Positions 50,401-63,089 of a DNA stretch of 64,000 nucleotides are shown piece after piece (within the stretch, counting starts at the first letter, position 1; each line of letters opens with the position of its first letter). The stretch comes from Octopus bimaculoides. Its lineage: Eukaryota. The notes beneath the pieces were generated by a model, which worked only from the letters and a program-made list of their open reading frames with translations, had not been told where the DNA came from and made no database searches. The stretch lies in assembly GCF_001194135.2 (NCBI RefSeq), contig NC_068982.1, positions 126,831,911 through 126,895,910 of the forward strand, written 5' to 3'. A program made the position numbers and the translations under genes.

Positions 50401-53400
50401 CCATTCTTAAAAATCTTGGGCTTCATGTTTATGTAAATGTACAATTATATGATTTTGTTGGAAAAGCTATCCACTTTTCCTTGATTCAAATGGATTGACT
50501 GTATATAAAATAAATGAACATTTTCTTTTTTTTTTTTTTAAACTCATTTAGACTGAATGGTATGTTTGCCTGTAAAATCTGATTTCATGGCAAAAGCCGT
50601 ACATAATTAAAACTGAGAAACAAACTGTTAATTCTGGATTTTTTTGTTGTTTTTTTTTTCTACCTTCCATATTCTGTTAAATATTGTGCCATTTTTTTTT
50701 TTTAAGTTCTATACACATTCTGTTCTTCAGGGAATTAAATATGGAAAATATTATCTCTTCCAGCATTATCTATAATTCTATAGAGAATACTGTGTCGTAG
50801 TTGTATCCAGTGTATTTCTATTTAATTTGCTTAGTTATTTGTTGATATTTGTGCCAATTACAATATAGCCACAGACATGATGAGCTTGAAGTGCTAGTCC
50901 ACTGGTTGATATACCTGAATCTCCGTTAGCATATCATTGTCATTAGCAAATATTTACTTAAAACCATGAAGGTGCATGGCTAAGTGGTTAAGGTATTTGA
51001 TTCAAGATTGTGAGTTTGGTTCCCAGTGGCACATTGTGTCCTTGAGCTAAAGACTTAATTTCACATTGTTCCAGTCCACTCAGCTGGCAAAAATGAATTG
51101 TATCTGTACTTGAAAGGGCCAGCCTTGTCACATTCTGTATCATGCTGAATCTCCCTGAGAACTGTTAATGGTATGCGTGTCCATGAGGTGCTCAGCCACT
51201 TGCATTCGGTTAGTTATAATGATGTTGATCCAATCAACAGAACAGTCTACTTGCTAATTAACATGCAAGTTATTGTACTTGAAAAACTTATTTCACCAAA
51301 TAGCAAATAGGTACCACAGATATACAATCCAAATTATATCAACAAGGTTTCTTTCTTCTCTTAATATTTTATTGTTGTGAGGTTTAAATCTTTTCATGGA
51401 CTAAAGGAAAACATATTCTCCAGTTAGTGTATGAATGTATAAAGAATCATCTGGTATAGATTTGACAAGAATATATGGAAAATTTATGTAAGATGAGAAA
51501 AAAAAAATTCTGTATAACTTAAAAAAAATTATTTTCAATCAAAGAAATCTTTGCAGATCCCTAGTTTCCATGGTGTTAAGATAAGTCTTCCTTGGGGTAG
51601 GATGCCAATTTATCACATCTATCAAAAGTAAAAAATTGAATTCAGTACTATGTAAACTTTTGTGGTACTACTTCTTCCATAGGTGAGCTGCTCATAGCAG
51701 TGCATGTTATTATAGTAGGTGGGATGAGCTGTGTAGATGTTTAAGTATCTTGGCCCATACATGCATAACAGTATTGGTGACAAACCCCCAAATGATTGGA
51801 TCCTATTTTATTATAAGACAAGACTAAATGTACAAGATAATTTAGAAGTTCCTTTTAGTATTTAAATGTATAAAATTTTTCTTAAGACCCATCAAGCCAA
51901 GTGAAACCATAGCTGTGGTCGTTGTCAGTGTTGCATAACTGGCACCTGTTCCGGTGGCATGCTAAAAAAGAAAAAAAAAAGCACATCTTGAGTGTTGGGC
52001 CTCAAGAGGCAATGTGGCTGATGTTCTTGTAACTAGCACTCGTGCTGGTGGCACTTAAGAAGCACCTTCCGAACACTGAGACTCACAGAGGCTATGACAA
52101 ATGATGTGCTTGAGAAGACCCATCAAGCCAAGTGAAACAGTCACGACAGATATTGGTGTCGTGCAAATTGACACCTGTGGGGTGGCACATGAAGGCATCC
52201 ATTACACTCTGAGTGGTTGGTGTTAGGAAGGGCATCCAGTTGTAGATTAGTCTGGTGCAGCTCCTCAGCTTACACCCCTTGTCAAACCGTCCAACCCATG
52301 CCAGCATGGACAATGGATGCTAAATGATGATGATGGTGGCTACATTTTCTATTGTATTGCAAGTATCTAAGATAGATTTATTTTAGAAATATGTCATTAT
52401 TAAAAGATGAAGGAATAATCCTCGTTCTAAAAATGGCACACTGTAATGATAGTTCCATACAAGTGTCCAGGTATATTTAGTTCATCTGCTGCTGGCTGAT
52501 TGTATGAATGACAGTGGCTTAGTATCATGAATTCCCTGAGCTATGATAGTCAACAGGGGACTAGTGTTGAGAGGGGAATGATGGATGTAGTTGGGAGAAG
52601 GATGTGAATATTAGGTGGGAGTTGAGAGAAATAAAAAAAATTGTATATTAAGTAGTTCAACTGGTCTCAGTTGTTGGTTTATATTAATGCTAAAGGGACT
52701 TTTTGAACCACTCTGTATCTGCAGGAATAAAATTAGTAAAAATCTTCAGTGGTATCTCAAGTGTTATGCAGGCTAACAACATTTAATTGTATTTATAATA
52801 ACCCTCACAGTGCAAACTAAATTTTTGTGTGCTAACATGCAGATGTAAATATACAAATCAGTTTATGCAACCTGTTTCTATTGTTCTGCTAAAATTAAAA
52901 TGTGTGTTCTACATCAAATGAAACGTGGAGAATTCTGAAAAATGTCCCACAAACAAAAACAAGTTGACTTGGTTCATGTTTCTCAAGTGCACATGCACAG
53001 AACCAAGTATACTGGGTTCCCATGCAGTAAGAGTTAAATGTTGCTATTTATGTCTTTGAGAAGTAATATTGTCCTGACTAGAACTACAAAAAATGTTGGG
53101 TCCCTTTTCTCTAAGCTGTAATAGTAATACCTTTTTTGTAAATATCTTTGTTAGCTGTTAACCCTTTTTGATATCAGTCTGTTTGAGACTGTCCTTGGCT
53201 CTATTATACAAACTCTGTATTAATGGGATTTAAATTTATACCTTGCATCAAAATTTTATGTAAATTTGTTTCACACCAAAGTTATTTTATTAAACTCTTC
53301 ATTATCTTTAAAATAAATTAAAACAAAAGCATATGCATTTCAACAGAATTATTGGAAGATTCAAGTAACCTACTGCTTATGAACTTAGAAAAATTCCCGT

Positions 53401-54285
53401 CCCAACCTTTTGGTTTATACTGTTAAATAGTTAGGAAGTTTATTTTGCAACCACGAGGTCCTATGATCAATCCTGGACAAATGTAATTTTCAGTTGCCTC
53501 ACGTCAATCCATAGCTTTTGAGTGATATTGATTTAATAGAAACTGTATAGAAGCTTATCAAACTGATTGTACTTATAATTCATTAGTCCAGCCTTGTCAT
53601 ACTGATTCTGCTCAAGTGTTTTGTTTAGCGGAGCCTGTCTGATGACATGGCACACGGGCATATTAGATGCCTCCCAGTTTTAGAAGTGCATATTCAAGGA
53701 AAAAAGTTTTTAGTGCATTAAAATTTGTCATGTCCACCTTTGCAGATAGGTCCCTGGATGATTCTGTTTTAGATATATCTTTGGGGAAGGGGATAAAGCG
53801 TTTTGTATGCTCATGGATTGGTCAGGCACTTATTAATCCAGGAGCAAGTAATTCAGTTGAACAAACTGAGTCCACATTGTTGAGTAACATTGATCCACCA
53901 TTATTTTCTTGTTTTTTTTTCTTCTTCTTAGCATCATATTGACTTCAGTCTCTTACATGTGAATTCACTTAAAGTATCCTGTATAATTAATATTTAAGTA
54001 ATGATCTTTACTTTTAAATCTCTAGTTAAGGTAGCTTGATTGTGGAGTAGAAATCCAAGGACAAAACTTGTGTGGTCATTTTTAAGCTATTGTATATTTA
54101 GCTGGCTAGCTGTTGAGTCATTGTTTATCTGGTGTGTGTGTGTGTATTTACAGTTAAATATCAACCTACTTCATCAATTGAATACACTTCAGAGAAGCAA
54201 TAATGTACATGCTTGATATAAAATTGTACATCTGCAAATTTATTTGAAGATGCTGAGTTTTCTTGGTTTAAATCTGGTAGCCTTT

Positions 54286-54344
54286 TCACAGTGTCTGGCT
54301 TAAAAATGTAATTAAGAATGTGAAGAATATCATGTTTGAAACAC
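54286..54344 (-). CDS. SRCR-ZP protein, last exon with hydrophobic C-terminal signal (GPI-like)
   Basis: catttcag|GT; phase 1 gives (G)VSNMIFFTFLITFLSQTL*; the alternative upstream AG gives an immediate stop. Confidence 0.75.
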
Positions 54345-54964
54345 CTGAAATGAGAAATTGGTTGAGGAATTATTAGTCTGGTGTTAGTTATATTTAAAAA
54401 AAAAAAAAAAAAGCTAAACACAAGATCTCCCCTTCTTACAGAATAAAAAAACAAAAGAACGGTAATTTCCTCCAGTGTACTAATCTCCTCTATTACTTTA
54501 TTATAATAATGGTATCAGTAAAAAATCATTAAGCAAACAATTTGTTCACTGAATATGTAAACAAAGCCAGGGGCTTGTTTACCCATACCTTTTGAGCCTG
54601 GTAAACAGAAACTGAAAGAAGCCTGTTTGGTGTATATATGTGAAAGCACACGTGCCTTTGCCCCCGACCACCCCTCTAGTTACACTACTTCTCTTGAATA
54701 GAGAAAAAGTAGAGGGCTATCTTAATAATAATAATAATAATATTCTTTTTTTGAAATTTTGCAGGATGATTAAGTCAATTATATCACCACTAGTGCACAA
54801 CTGGTATCTTATTTCATTGATCCTAAAAGGGATGCAAAGTAAAGTTGACCCTGGCAGAATTTGAACTCGCAACATAAAAACTGGTGAAATGCCACAAAAC
54901 ATTTTGACTGGCATGTTAACAAATCTGCCAGCTCACTCTTTAATCAATATCGATCAATGTCCAA

Positions 54965-55290
54965 TATTTTAAATCCAGGTTTGCCCCCATTAACGGGGCT
55001 GGCTGGATCTACCTGACTCCTACAGCAAACGCTCTCACATCATCTCGCCTGGTTGAGGGCGTACTCCCTCATCAAGCCAATCCTCAGAATCTCCTCCTCC
55101 ACGTTTTCTATGGTCAACCTCGCTTTCGTGGTTCATTCACTTTAAACCCCAGCACTCTCCTCAGAACAAGATCCTCATCCCTCCTCAAAACATGCCAATA
55201 CCACCACATTCCATTCGCTGATTCCTCCAATCCCAGCATCCCCTTCAAGTCCTCAATCCTCCTTTTATCCAATAGTTTCACACCACACAT
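54965..55290 (-). mobile_element. RTE LINE 3' end remnant
   Basis: GVKLLDKRRIEDL, HVLRRDEDLVLRRVL and RKRG.P.KTW motifs. Confidence 0.75.
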
Positions 55291-55539
55291 TAATAACCCT
55301 TTCTATTATAGGCACAAGGCATGAAATTTTGTAGGAGGACACTAGTCAATTACATTGACCCCAGTTCTTGATTGGTACTTAATTTAGTGTGCCTATAAAC
55401 TATGGCACACTATAATGTCTTTATATAGTTATTATTATATATCATTGAATGTCAACTTGCTATTTTCAGAGGGTGATTCTTGATTTATTTACCACAGTTC
55501 ATTAAAAAAAAATGAGCTAAGAAGATAAAGTACACTCAC

Positions 55540-56183
55540 CTGAGCCGCATGAAGAAATAAACTTGGATGTTCTAGGATTATTCTTGGTCAACAAAGAATT
55601 ATTTGCAAGAGTTTTTTTAATTTCACCATTATTAAGTTGTAATGTGCTTAAAGTAACTGGTGACTCTGTTTTACCAGTAACAAGTTGTTTTTTGCGTGTA
55701 TTAACCAGAATTTCACTGTGAAGGTTCGTTGGGGTTGAAAAGTTTTCTGATGCTTCTGTCGTGTGTTTTGGAATGGATTTTGTTGAAATTTGGGATGTGA
55801 TATATTTTGTTAATACAGAACTGGGATTTACTTTTTGTTGATTTAGATATGTAGATTGTTCTTTAGAAATAGAAACTGTTGAAGTAATTACATTGGAAAT
55901 GTCTTCAGTATCATTTTGGGTTTCTGATAAAATGAAAGCATTGCTTACTACTTCTTCTTTATAAGAAGAGCCATCTTCAAATTGACTTGCTTCTCGTTTG
56001 TTCCTTTTATTTAAACTACAAGTTCTGTCACATTCTGCATTCTTTATGTCTGAGTGACAAACAAAGACAGAGCAGTGAAGATAAAGTGGGCTGTAACTAT
56101 TGAAGAAACGGAAAGTTTGGAACCTAAAACCAAACATGGTCTGACTTATTGGTGTAAATGATACAGTTCTGTCTAATGTACAC
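55540..56183 (-). CDS. SRCR-ZP protein, ZP-C end, furin site and Ser/Thr-rich stalk
   Basis: ttttcag|G...TCAG|gtgagt; phase 2 to 1; CTLDRTV...FRFQTFRF...LYLHCSVFVC...ECDRTC, then RNKR, then about 160 aa S/T/K-rich. Confidence 0.92.
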
Positions 56184-56715
56184 CTGAAAAGAAAGGAAAA
56201 AAAAAGATATAAGTAGCTTATGCTTAGGAAGAGCATCCAGCCATAGAAACCATAACCAAAGTAGACAGTGGGACATGATGCAGTCCTTGGATCTGTTGGA
56301 TCCTCTCATATTGTTCAGCCCATACAAGCATGGAACAAGGACATTGAATGATGATAATGATGATGAGGAAGAACTTGCCGCTTATTAGGTTTGCACGCTG
56401 GAGATACTGTTCATATGAATTGGGTAGAGGCATGGGTGTGTTGTTAAAATATTTGATTTGCAACGATTTAGTTCTAGGTTCAATTTTGCTGCAATTTCAG
56501 GTAATTGATTTCTACTATCACCATGACTTCGCTGATACTTTGTGAATAAAATTTTGTAAATAAGAAATCACTGCCTACATATTTTGAAGCTTTTCATATT
56601 TTGGTATGGGTTACATGAACGATATCTGTTAGTTAATAAAACAAAGTTACACCCACTTTTCCATTACTTTCAACACAATCAGTAAGTTTAATAGAAACGT
56701 ATTAATGTTCAACTG

Positions 56716-57010
56716 GTGGAGGCGCAATGGCCCAGTGGTTAGGGCAGCAGACTTGCGGTCAGAGGATCGTGGTTTTGATTCCCAGATCGAGCGTTGTGTG
56801 TGTTTATTGAGCGAAAACACCTAAAGCTCCACGAGGCTCCAGCAGTGGGTGGTGGTGACCCCTGTTGTACTCTTTTGCACCAACTTTCTCTCACTCTTTC
56901 TTCCTGTTTCTTGAGCAAAAAACTGCGATGGACTGGTGTCCCATCCAGTTACTGGGGAACACATATGCCATGGAAATTGGGAAACCGGCCCTATGCTCCA
57001 CAAGGGGCGA
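56716..57010 (+). mobile_element. tRNA-derived SINE, family D
   Basis: ggaggcgcaatggcccagtggttagggcagc ... gttttgattccc; matches 15349. Confidence 0.85.
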
Positions 57011-57886
57011 AGAATATTTCCATTCCAATGTTCAATGAGTTATCTTCCCTTATTCTTACGTTTACTTTGTTTTTCTCATCTTACGTGGATGATGACAGCA
57101 AATCTTCAAACTAACTCTTGGAAATAGGAGATGTAAAAACTTTCTATGAGTTAGAATGGTTGTGAGCTTAAGGTTCTGAATTATTGATTATCTAAGGCTT
57201 ACATCATGGTAACTGAGTACAGGTTCACTCTTACTGTTTGATTGAAAAGTTAACTGTAAGATGGACAAATGTACACACAATCACTGCAATAATATAAATT
57301 TACATGCCCACAAAAAATCAGAACAAATTGATTTGAATGTATCTCATTTTGTATAATGTGAATTATAGTAAAGGGACTTCCACTACAATATTTAAACCAT
57401 GTTGCAGTTTGGTGACACTGAGACTATGCCAGCAAAGTACAAGCTTCTGGTGGAGCCTTCCATGCTGGACAGGTCAAAGGATAGAGGCCACACTAATATG
57501 GACTATTTCTTTCCAGAGATAGAAATGGATTTGCAGAGGACCAACATCAATACCTGGAAAAAAAGCAAAGTTACAGGTACATCATTGACAATTCAAACCT
57601 AAAACCTGGGAGAAGGCTTTCTCTCAAACAGCCTAGAGTTGAGAACAGTGGAGCAAAGTCATGAATGGCCTATGTCCACCAGAAAGTAAAGGGCTGAAGC
57701 AAGTCATAAAAGAACTTGCATATAAATGGAAAGATTAGAATTTACTCTTGTTATATCCAACACCTTCCTCAAGCCCAACACAAATTTGTTCAGTCCTTCC
57801 TTCCCAGAATGTCCCATACACTGCTCTTTCCTCCAGACTCAGTAAGTAGAAATGATTAAGAAAAAATTGGTAAGTGAAGGACTCAC

Positions 57887-58278
57887 TTGTTCTCAAAAAG
57901 TTGATATCTTGGGTTGCTGTTTTTGTCCTGAGATGTTGTTACCCAACATGCTGGTACTATTAATTTCAAATTTAAATTGCTTGTTACTAAAGTAATTGCA
58001 ACATTCAGCCATGTTGTCAGAGTGACTTTCATGGGAAAGTTGGTCACTACATTAGTGAACGAATTCTCTTTATAGAACTCAAGTCTGAAAAGGAATGATC
58101 CAGCAGAACGTTCAGTTACTGCAACAGTCTGTACTACCCAAGGATTTTGGATAATGTCATCCTTACGTTTATATGCACATTGAAAAGTCATCCGAATAGT
58201 ATTGCTTCGCACAATGATATCTTTTGTGACGGGTTTGTGAAAAATTGTCATGGTGAAGAGGAGATGTGTACTGTTTAT
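57887..58278 (-). CDS. SRCR-ZP protein, ZP-N/ZP-C exon
   Basis: tttcag|ATA...AACAA|gtgagt; phase 0 to 2; IIVRSNTIRMTFQCAY...FLFRLEFY...PACWVT...PRYQLFEN(K). Confidence 0.93.
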
Positions 58279-58394
58279 CTGAAATATAGTTTAAAAAATA
58301 TATTTTAGAGCAAATTTTCTACAGACACTTTTTAGTTTGGAAAAATATTTTGTTGTTTTTATATAAATGGCAATTTAATAGGTCATACCAAATA

Positions 58395-59209
58395 CAAGGT
58401 GGTATCAAAAAGTTCCTGGACTACTTCTGTAGCACACCAACAGATGGCAGCACACAGTGAGAGCTAGCAGTGACCTTCATGACGTAGAGTGCTGAGTGAC
58501 ATCACTGTGTTTACTTCGCAAGTTGTGAAATTTGTATTTTTGTGATGATATGTATGCTGTAGTCTGTGAATTTTGTCATGGACTGGAATTTGAAACAAAG
58601 AGCCATCATGAAATTTTTGCGTTAAACTTTGGAAGTCTGCCACAGATACATTGAGCATGCTTCGGCAAGCTTACAGTGATGAAGCAATATTTCAAGTGGA
58701 ACAGGCGCTTCAAAAAGCATGACAAATTTGCAGCTCATCGTTTTTTCCGACATACCTTGGATTGTGCATTGAGAATTCGGCCCCCAGGGCCAGACCATCA
58801 ATCAAGAGTTCTGCGTTGTTTTGAAGTGTCTGAGGGAGGACATTCAGTGAAAACGATCGGATCCATGGAGTGCGAAGAATTGGATTCTTCATGACAACCA
58901 TGGACCTTGTCACTGAACTCTCTTCACTCATGAATTTCTCACCAAAAGCAACATGGTATCGCTTCTGCGTCCACCCTATTTGCAGCTCAAAAGACACCAT
59001 TTCAATATGGTTGTCAAGATCAACAGAAGGTCCTCAACTTGCTTATAGAAAATGACCTCCAGGCCAGATACCAAAAGTGGCAGGAGTGCTGGGACCAGTG
59101 TAATTGCTGTGCAAGGTGACTATTTCAAAGACAATGTTAAAGCTTAGGTAAAGAAGTTATTTTTTTTTTTATCAAGCATAACTAGTCCAGGAACTTTTTG
59201 ATATCATTC
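58395..59209 (+). mobile_element. Internally deleted mariner transposon in an intron of the ZP gene
   Basis: TA-flanked TIRs caaggtggtatcaaaaagttcctggacta / tagtccaggaactttttgatatc; KQRAIMKF, QAYSDEA, WILHDN, RPPY and KWQECWDQC remnants with frameshifts. Confidence 0.9.
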
Positions 59210-59929
59210 TATAATATCTTCTGAAACTTACAACTTTTTTACATAGTTATTCTTCTTTTATAAATCCTGTTGCCTGTTTTTATTATTTTTTTACCCCACA
59301 AAATAATGGGTTGTAAAAAAACGTTGGTTTTGAATAATTTGTTTTATGTCTGTTTTTCCATGCTAGCATGGATAAGAGGACTATGTTACTGAGCCATTGC
59401 TTTACTGCTGGATGACCATTCTGATGCTAACCCTTATCTGCTTTTCAAATAAAGGATCTTTTATTTCACATGGCTTTGGAAGCACAAAGCAAGTGGACAA
59501 TCAGTAAAATTTGGGATCTAATAAAAGTAAATTTAGAATAAAGATTTTATTAAAGCTATCGTTTACCTTGTTAGAATATATATATAGAAAACCTAATTTT
59601 GTTATCCTAATCAAAAATATATTCTGATCCCACATCATAGTTTAGTGGTCAGCACCAAATACTAATTGTATACTACATCTTAAGAAAATATTTTGAATGG
59701 TTGATCTATCCAGTAGCTTGTAGCATGCAATAAACAATGTACAACATAAAAATATATATATGAAAATCTTATGCACACAACTATGTATGAAAACTCACAT
59801 ATACTAACATGATTGTAGAATGCAATACTTCAGACCTTGTTTATATCTGAAGATGTCATCTTTACCTGAAGATGACCAGAAAAATAAACTTTGATTCATA
59901 AGTTCTTGTGAATTAAAATCCATATGATA

Positions 59930-60320
59930 GGTACAAGTGTGGCTGTGTGATAAGAAGTTTGCTTCCCAACCACATGCTTCTGGGTTCAGGCCCACTGTGT
60001 GGCACCTTGGGCAAGTGTCTGCTACTATAACCTTGGGCTGACCAAAGCCTTGTGAATGAATTTGCTAAGTGGAAACTGAAAGAAGCCTGCCATATATATG
60101 CATGTGTGTGTGTCTTTGTGTTTGTTCCCCACCACTGATTGACAATTGATGGTGGTGTATTTATGTCCCTGTAGCTTAGCAGTTCAGCAAAAGAGACTGA
60201 TAGAATAAGTATCAGGCTTCAAAAAAGTCCTGGGTTCATTTTGTTTGACTAAAACTCCTTGTGGTGGTGCCCCAGCATGGCTGCAGTCTAATGATTGAAA
60301 CAAGTAAAAGAATGAAAATA
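59930..60320 (+). mobile_element. SINE family A
   Basis: Same head, body and tail as the 23815 copy. Confidence 0.88.
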
Positions 60321-60499
60321 TGACACTTTATTTTAAGGCCATTTAAGATTTTTAGAACCAAAAACATTACTTTGAATGAGATGAGGATTTTCTTTACACC
60401 TGTAATGGTCCTCAAAATTCACAGTTTTAGAAGCCATGATCCCCTTTTGTAAAAAGTGGATTTTTTAACTTCCACAAAAACAGAATAAAGAATACAAAC

Positions 60500-60684
60500 C
60501 ACTCTGCTTGCTGATCCACATTCACCAAGTGGAATCTTTATTGCAATAGTTGTGTCATTAGATGTTTGCTTATAATTGCATGCTTCGGCAAATGATAAAG
60601 TTCCAGATGTTATTGTAGAGTTACTGTTTTTGAATATTATGGCTGTCATGTCAGAATGTGAGCATACAATACTGGTTTTTGGTT
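60500..60684 (-). CDS. SRCR-ZP protein, ZP-N exon
   Basis: ttccag|AA...GTG|gtttgt; phase 1 to 0; PKTSIVCSHSDMTAIIFK...EACNYK...IKIPLGECGSASRV (ZP Cys1-3); donor could be 3 nt earlier. Confidence 0.88.
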
Positions 60685-60685
60685 C

Positions 60686-61012
60686 TGGAATTATAAACAG
60701 ATGATTTTTTTTATTTAAGACAATAAAAACTTATAATAATACAATGTATTGCAATTATTCTGCAAGAGCTGTTTAATATTGGGCTGACCAAAGCCTTGTG
60801 AGTGGATTTAGTGTATGGAAATTGAAAGAAGCCTGTTTGTGTGTGTGTGTGTGTGGAATTATAAACAGATAATTTTATTTAAGACAATAAAAACTTATAA
60901 TACAATGTATTGCAATTATTCTGCAAGAGCTGTTTAACATTGGGCTGACCAAAGCCTTGTGAGTGGATTTAGTGTATGGAAACTAAAAGAAGCCTATTTG
61001 TGTGTGTGTGTT
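60686..61012. repeat. About 168-bp tandem duplication
   Basis: tggaattataaacagat...ttaagacaataaaaacttata...gggctgaccaaagcc...gtgtgt occurs at 60686 and again at 60854. Confidence 0.9.
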
Positions 61013-61299
61013 TGTGTTTGTGTATGTGTTTCAGTGTACCCTTGTCTTAACATCATGTGTTGGTTGTTAATAAGCATCATTGTCATACAAGTGATATTTT
61101 TTTGTTTCCAGTCTTCAATGAAAAACATGTCTGGCCTTGAGAAATATTACATTGTTGGGAAACAAGTAAGACTTGGAGAGGGAAGGGCATCCGTCTGAAG
61201 AAAGTCTGCCTGAATAAATTCCATCTGACTCGTACAAGCATTGATAAATTGATGTTAGATGATGATGTTTGTATTAAAATTTAAGCAGAGTAGCTTTTA

Positions 61300-61685
61300 T
61301 TACTTACTTGTTTCAATCATTGAACTATGGCCATCCTGGAGCACCACTTTGAAGGGTTTAGTTGCACAACTCATCCCCAGTACTTGTTTTTGAAGTCAAG
61401 TACATGCACTATCATTCTATTTTGCTAAAGTGCCAAGCTACCAGGATGTAAACAAACCAACACTGGTTGTGAAGCAGTTGTGAGGAACAAACACAACGCA
61501 CACACATATGTGCATATATGGGATGGGTTTCATCACAGTTTCCATCTACCAAATTCATTCACAAGGTACTGGTTGACCTGGGACTATAGCAGAAGATACT
61601 TGTCCATAGTACCATGCAGTGGGACTAAACCCAAAACCATATGGTTACAAAGCAAGCTTTTAACCACAAAGTCATGCCTGTTCTT
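61300..61685 (-). mobile_element. SINE family A, diverged
   Basis: Reverse-complement match; further 3' halves at 61770-61883 (-) and 61950-62075 (+). Confidence 0.8.
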
Positions 61686-62104
61686 ACAGAGAATTAGAAA
61701 TATATTCAAGGAATGATTGCTATTGCTGTGATTGACCATTTATTTTAAAACTTATTCTATACTCTTTTTTACTCTTTTATTTGTTTCAGTCATTTGACTG
61801 TGGCCATGCTGGAGCACCGCCTTTAGTCGAGCAAATTGACCTCAGGACTTATTCTTTGTATGTCTAGTACTTATTCTATCAGTNNNNNNNNNNACGTTAA
61901 ACGATGATGATGATGATGATGATGATATACATGACGGGCTTCTTTCAAGAAACCGATAGAATAAGTACTAGGCTTACAAAGAATAAGTCCTGCGGTTGAT
62001 TTCTTCAACTAAAAACCCTTTAAAGTAGTGCTCCAGCATGGTCACAGTCAAATGACTGAAACAAATAGAAGAATAAATAGCAAACGTTGATAGTGACATT
62101 ATTT

Positions 62105-62214
62105 CCGGGTTCAGTCCCACTGCATGGCACCTTGGCAAGTGACTTCTACTATAGCCTCAGGCTGACCAAAGACTTGTGAGTGGATTTGGTAGACGGAAAC
62201 TGAAAGAAGCCCGG

Positions 62215-62264
<50 letters not shown>

Positions 62265-62512
62265 TGTATATACATATATATGTATATATATATATGTGTG
62301 TGTGTGTATGTCTGTGCTTGTCCCCCAACATCGCTTGACAACTGATATTGGTGTGTTTACATCTCTGTAACTTCGCAATTTGGCAAAAGAGACCAAGAGA
62401 ATAATGACTAAGCATACAAAGAATAAGTTCTGGGGTTGATTTGCTTGACTAAAGGCAGTGCTCCAGCATGGCTGCAGTCAAATGACTGAAAAGAATAAAG
62501 GAATAAAAGAAT
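62105..62512 (+). mobile_element. SINE family A, 5'-truncated
   Basis: ccgggttcagtcccactgc ... gactgaaaagaataaagg. Confidence 0.88.
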
Positions 62513-62574
62513 ATACCTTTTGTGTTTTTCAACTGTAAATTCCTGCTTTATTCAAAATAGTTAAAGATTACATA

Positions 62575-62765
62575 TTGGGTCAGCAAATTTTAAGGAGAAG
62601 TGGGAGTCAATAACATCAACCCCAGTGTACAACTGGTATTTTATTGAACCCGAAGGGATGAAAGGTAAACTGACCTCAGCATAATTTGAACTCAGAACTT
62701 AAAAACAGATGAAATGCCATTAAGCATTTTGTCTAGTGCACTAACGATTCTTCCAGCTGGTCATC
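62575..62765 (-). mobile_element. SINE family B, diverged
   Basis: ccccagtgtacaactggta ... gggatgaaagg ... tttgaactcagaac; further diverged copies near 27410-27590 (+), 30590-30720, 36880-37050 and 54770-54935 (-). Confidence 0.75.
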
Positions 62766-62793
62766 TTAATTTATTAAAATAATCCAAGCTTAC

Positions 62794-62993
62794 CTTCAGG
62801 AACAATGTTGGGTTGTTGAATACAGGAAACAGCTGATGCTTCAGATTGTGAACAATTTGCATCGTTATTGGCAGTATATGGACAATCAGTGATTTTAGAT
62901 TCAGTTCCTTGGCAGTTTAATTTAGTAATTCCTATTGGGTATCTTGGAGGAGGTTGGTACTGAGTATTGATGCTTGGAAGAGCATATTTCTCA
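62794..62993 (-). CDS. SRCR-ZP protein (DMBT1/uromodulin-like), exon with C-terminal half of an SRCR domain
   Basis: Minus strand atttcag|T...GAAG|gtaagc; phase 2 to 1; PIGITKLNCQGTESKITDCPYTANNDANCSQSEASAVSC fits SRCR L.C.G.E..L.DC...C...E.A.V.C; not in the ORF track. Confidence 0.85.
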
Positions 62994-63089
62994 CTGAAAT
63001 AGTTGACATAACAGACATTAAAAGTATATCTTACCCCTGTGGAAAGTTGTTGTAGTGGCTGTGAATATGGTTTAGATTATGGAATATGC

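Noticed and set aside
53560-53950. 91-aa ORF downstream of the ZP stop codon
   Set aside because: No recognisable domain on either strand; probably a decayed LINE piece.
54161-54454. 97-aa ORF as last exon of the ZP gene
   Set aside because: Frame is incompatible with the phase-1 donor at 55540; the compatible frame gives the short hydrophobic tail.
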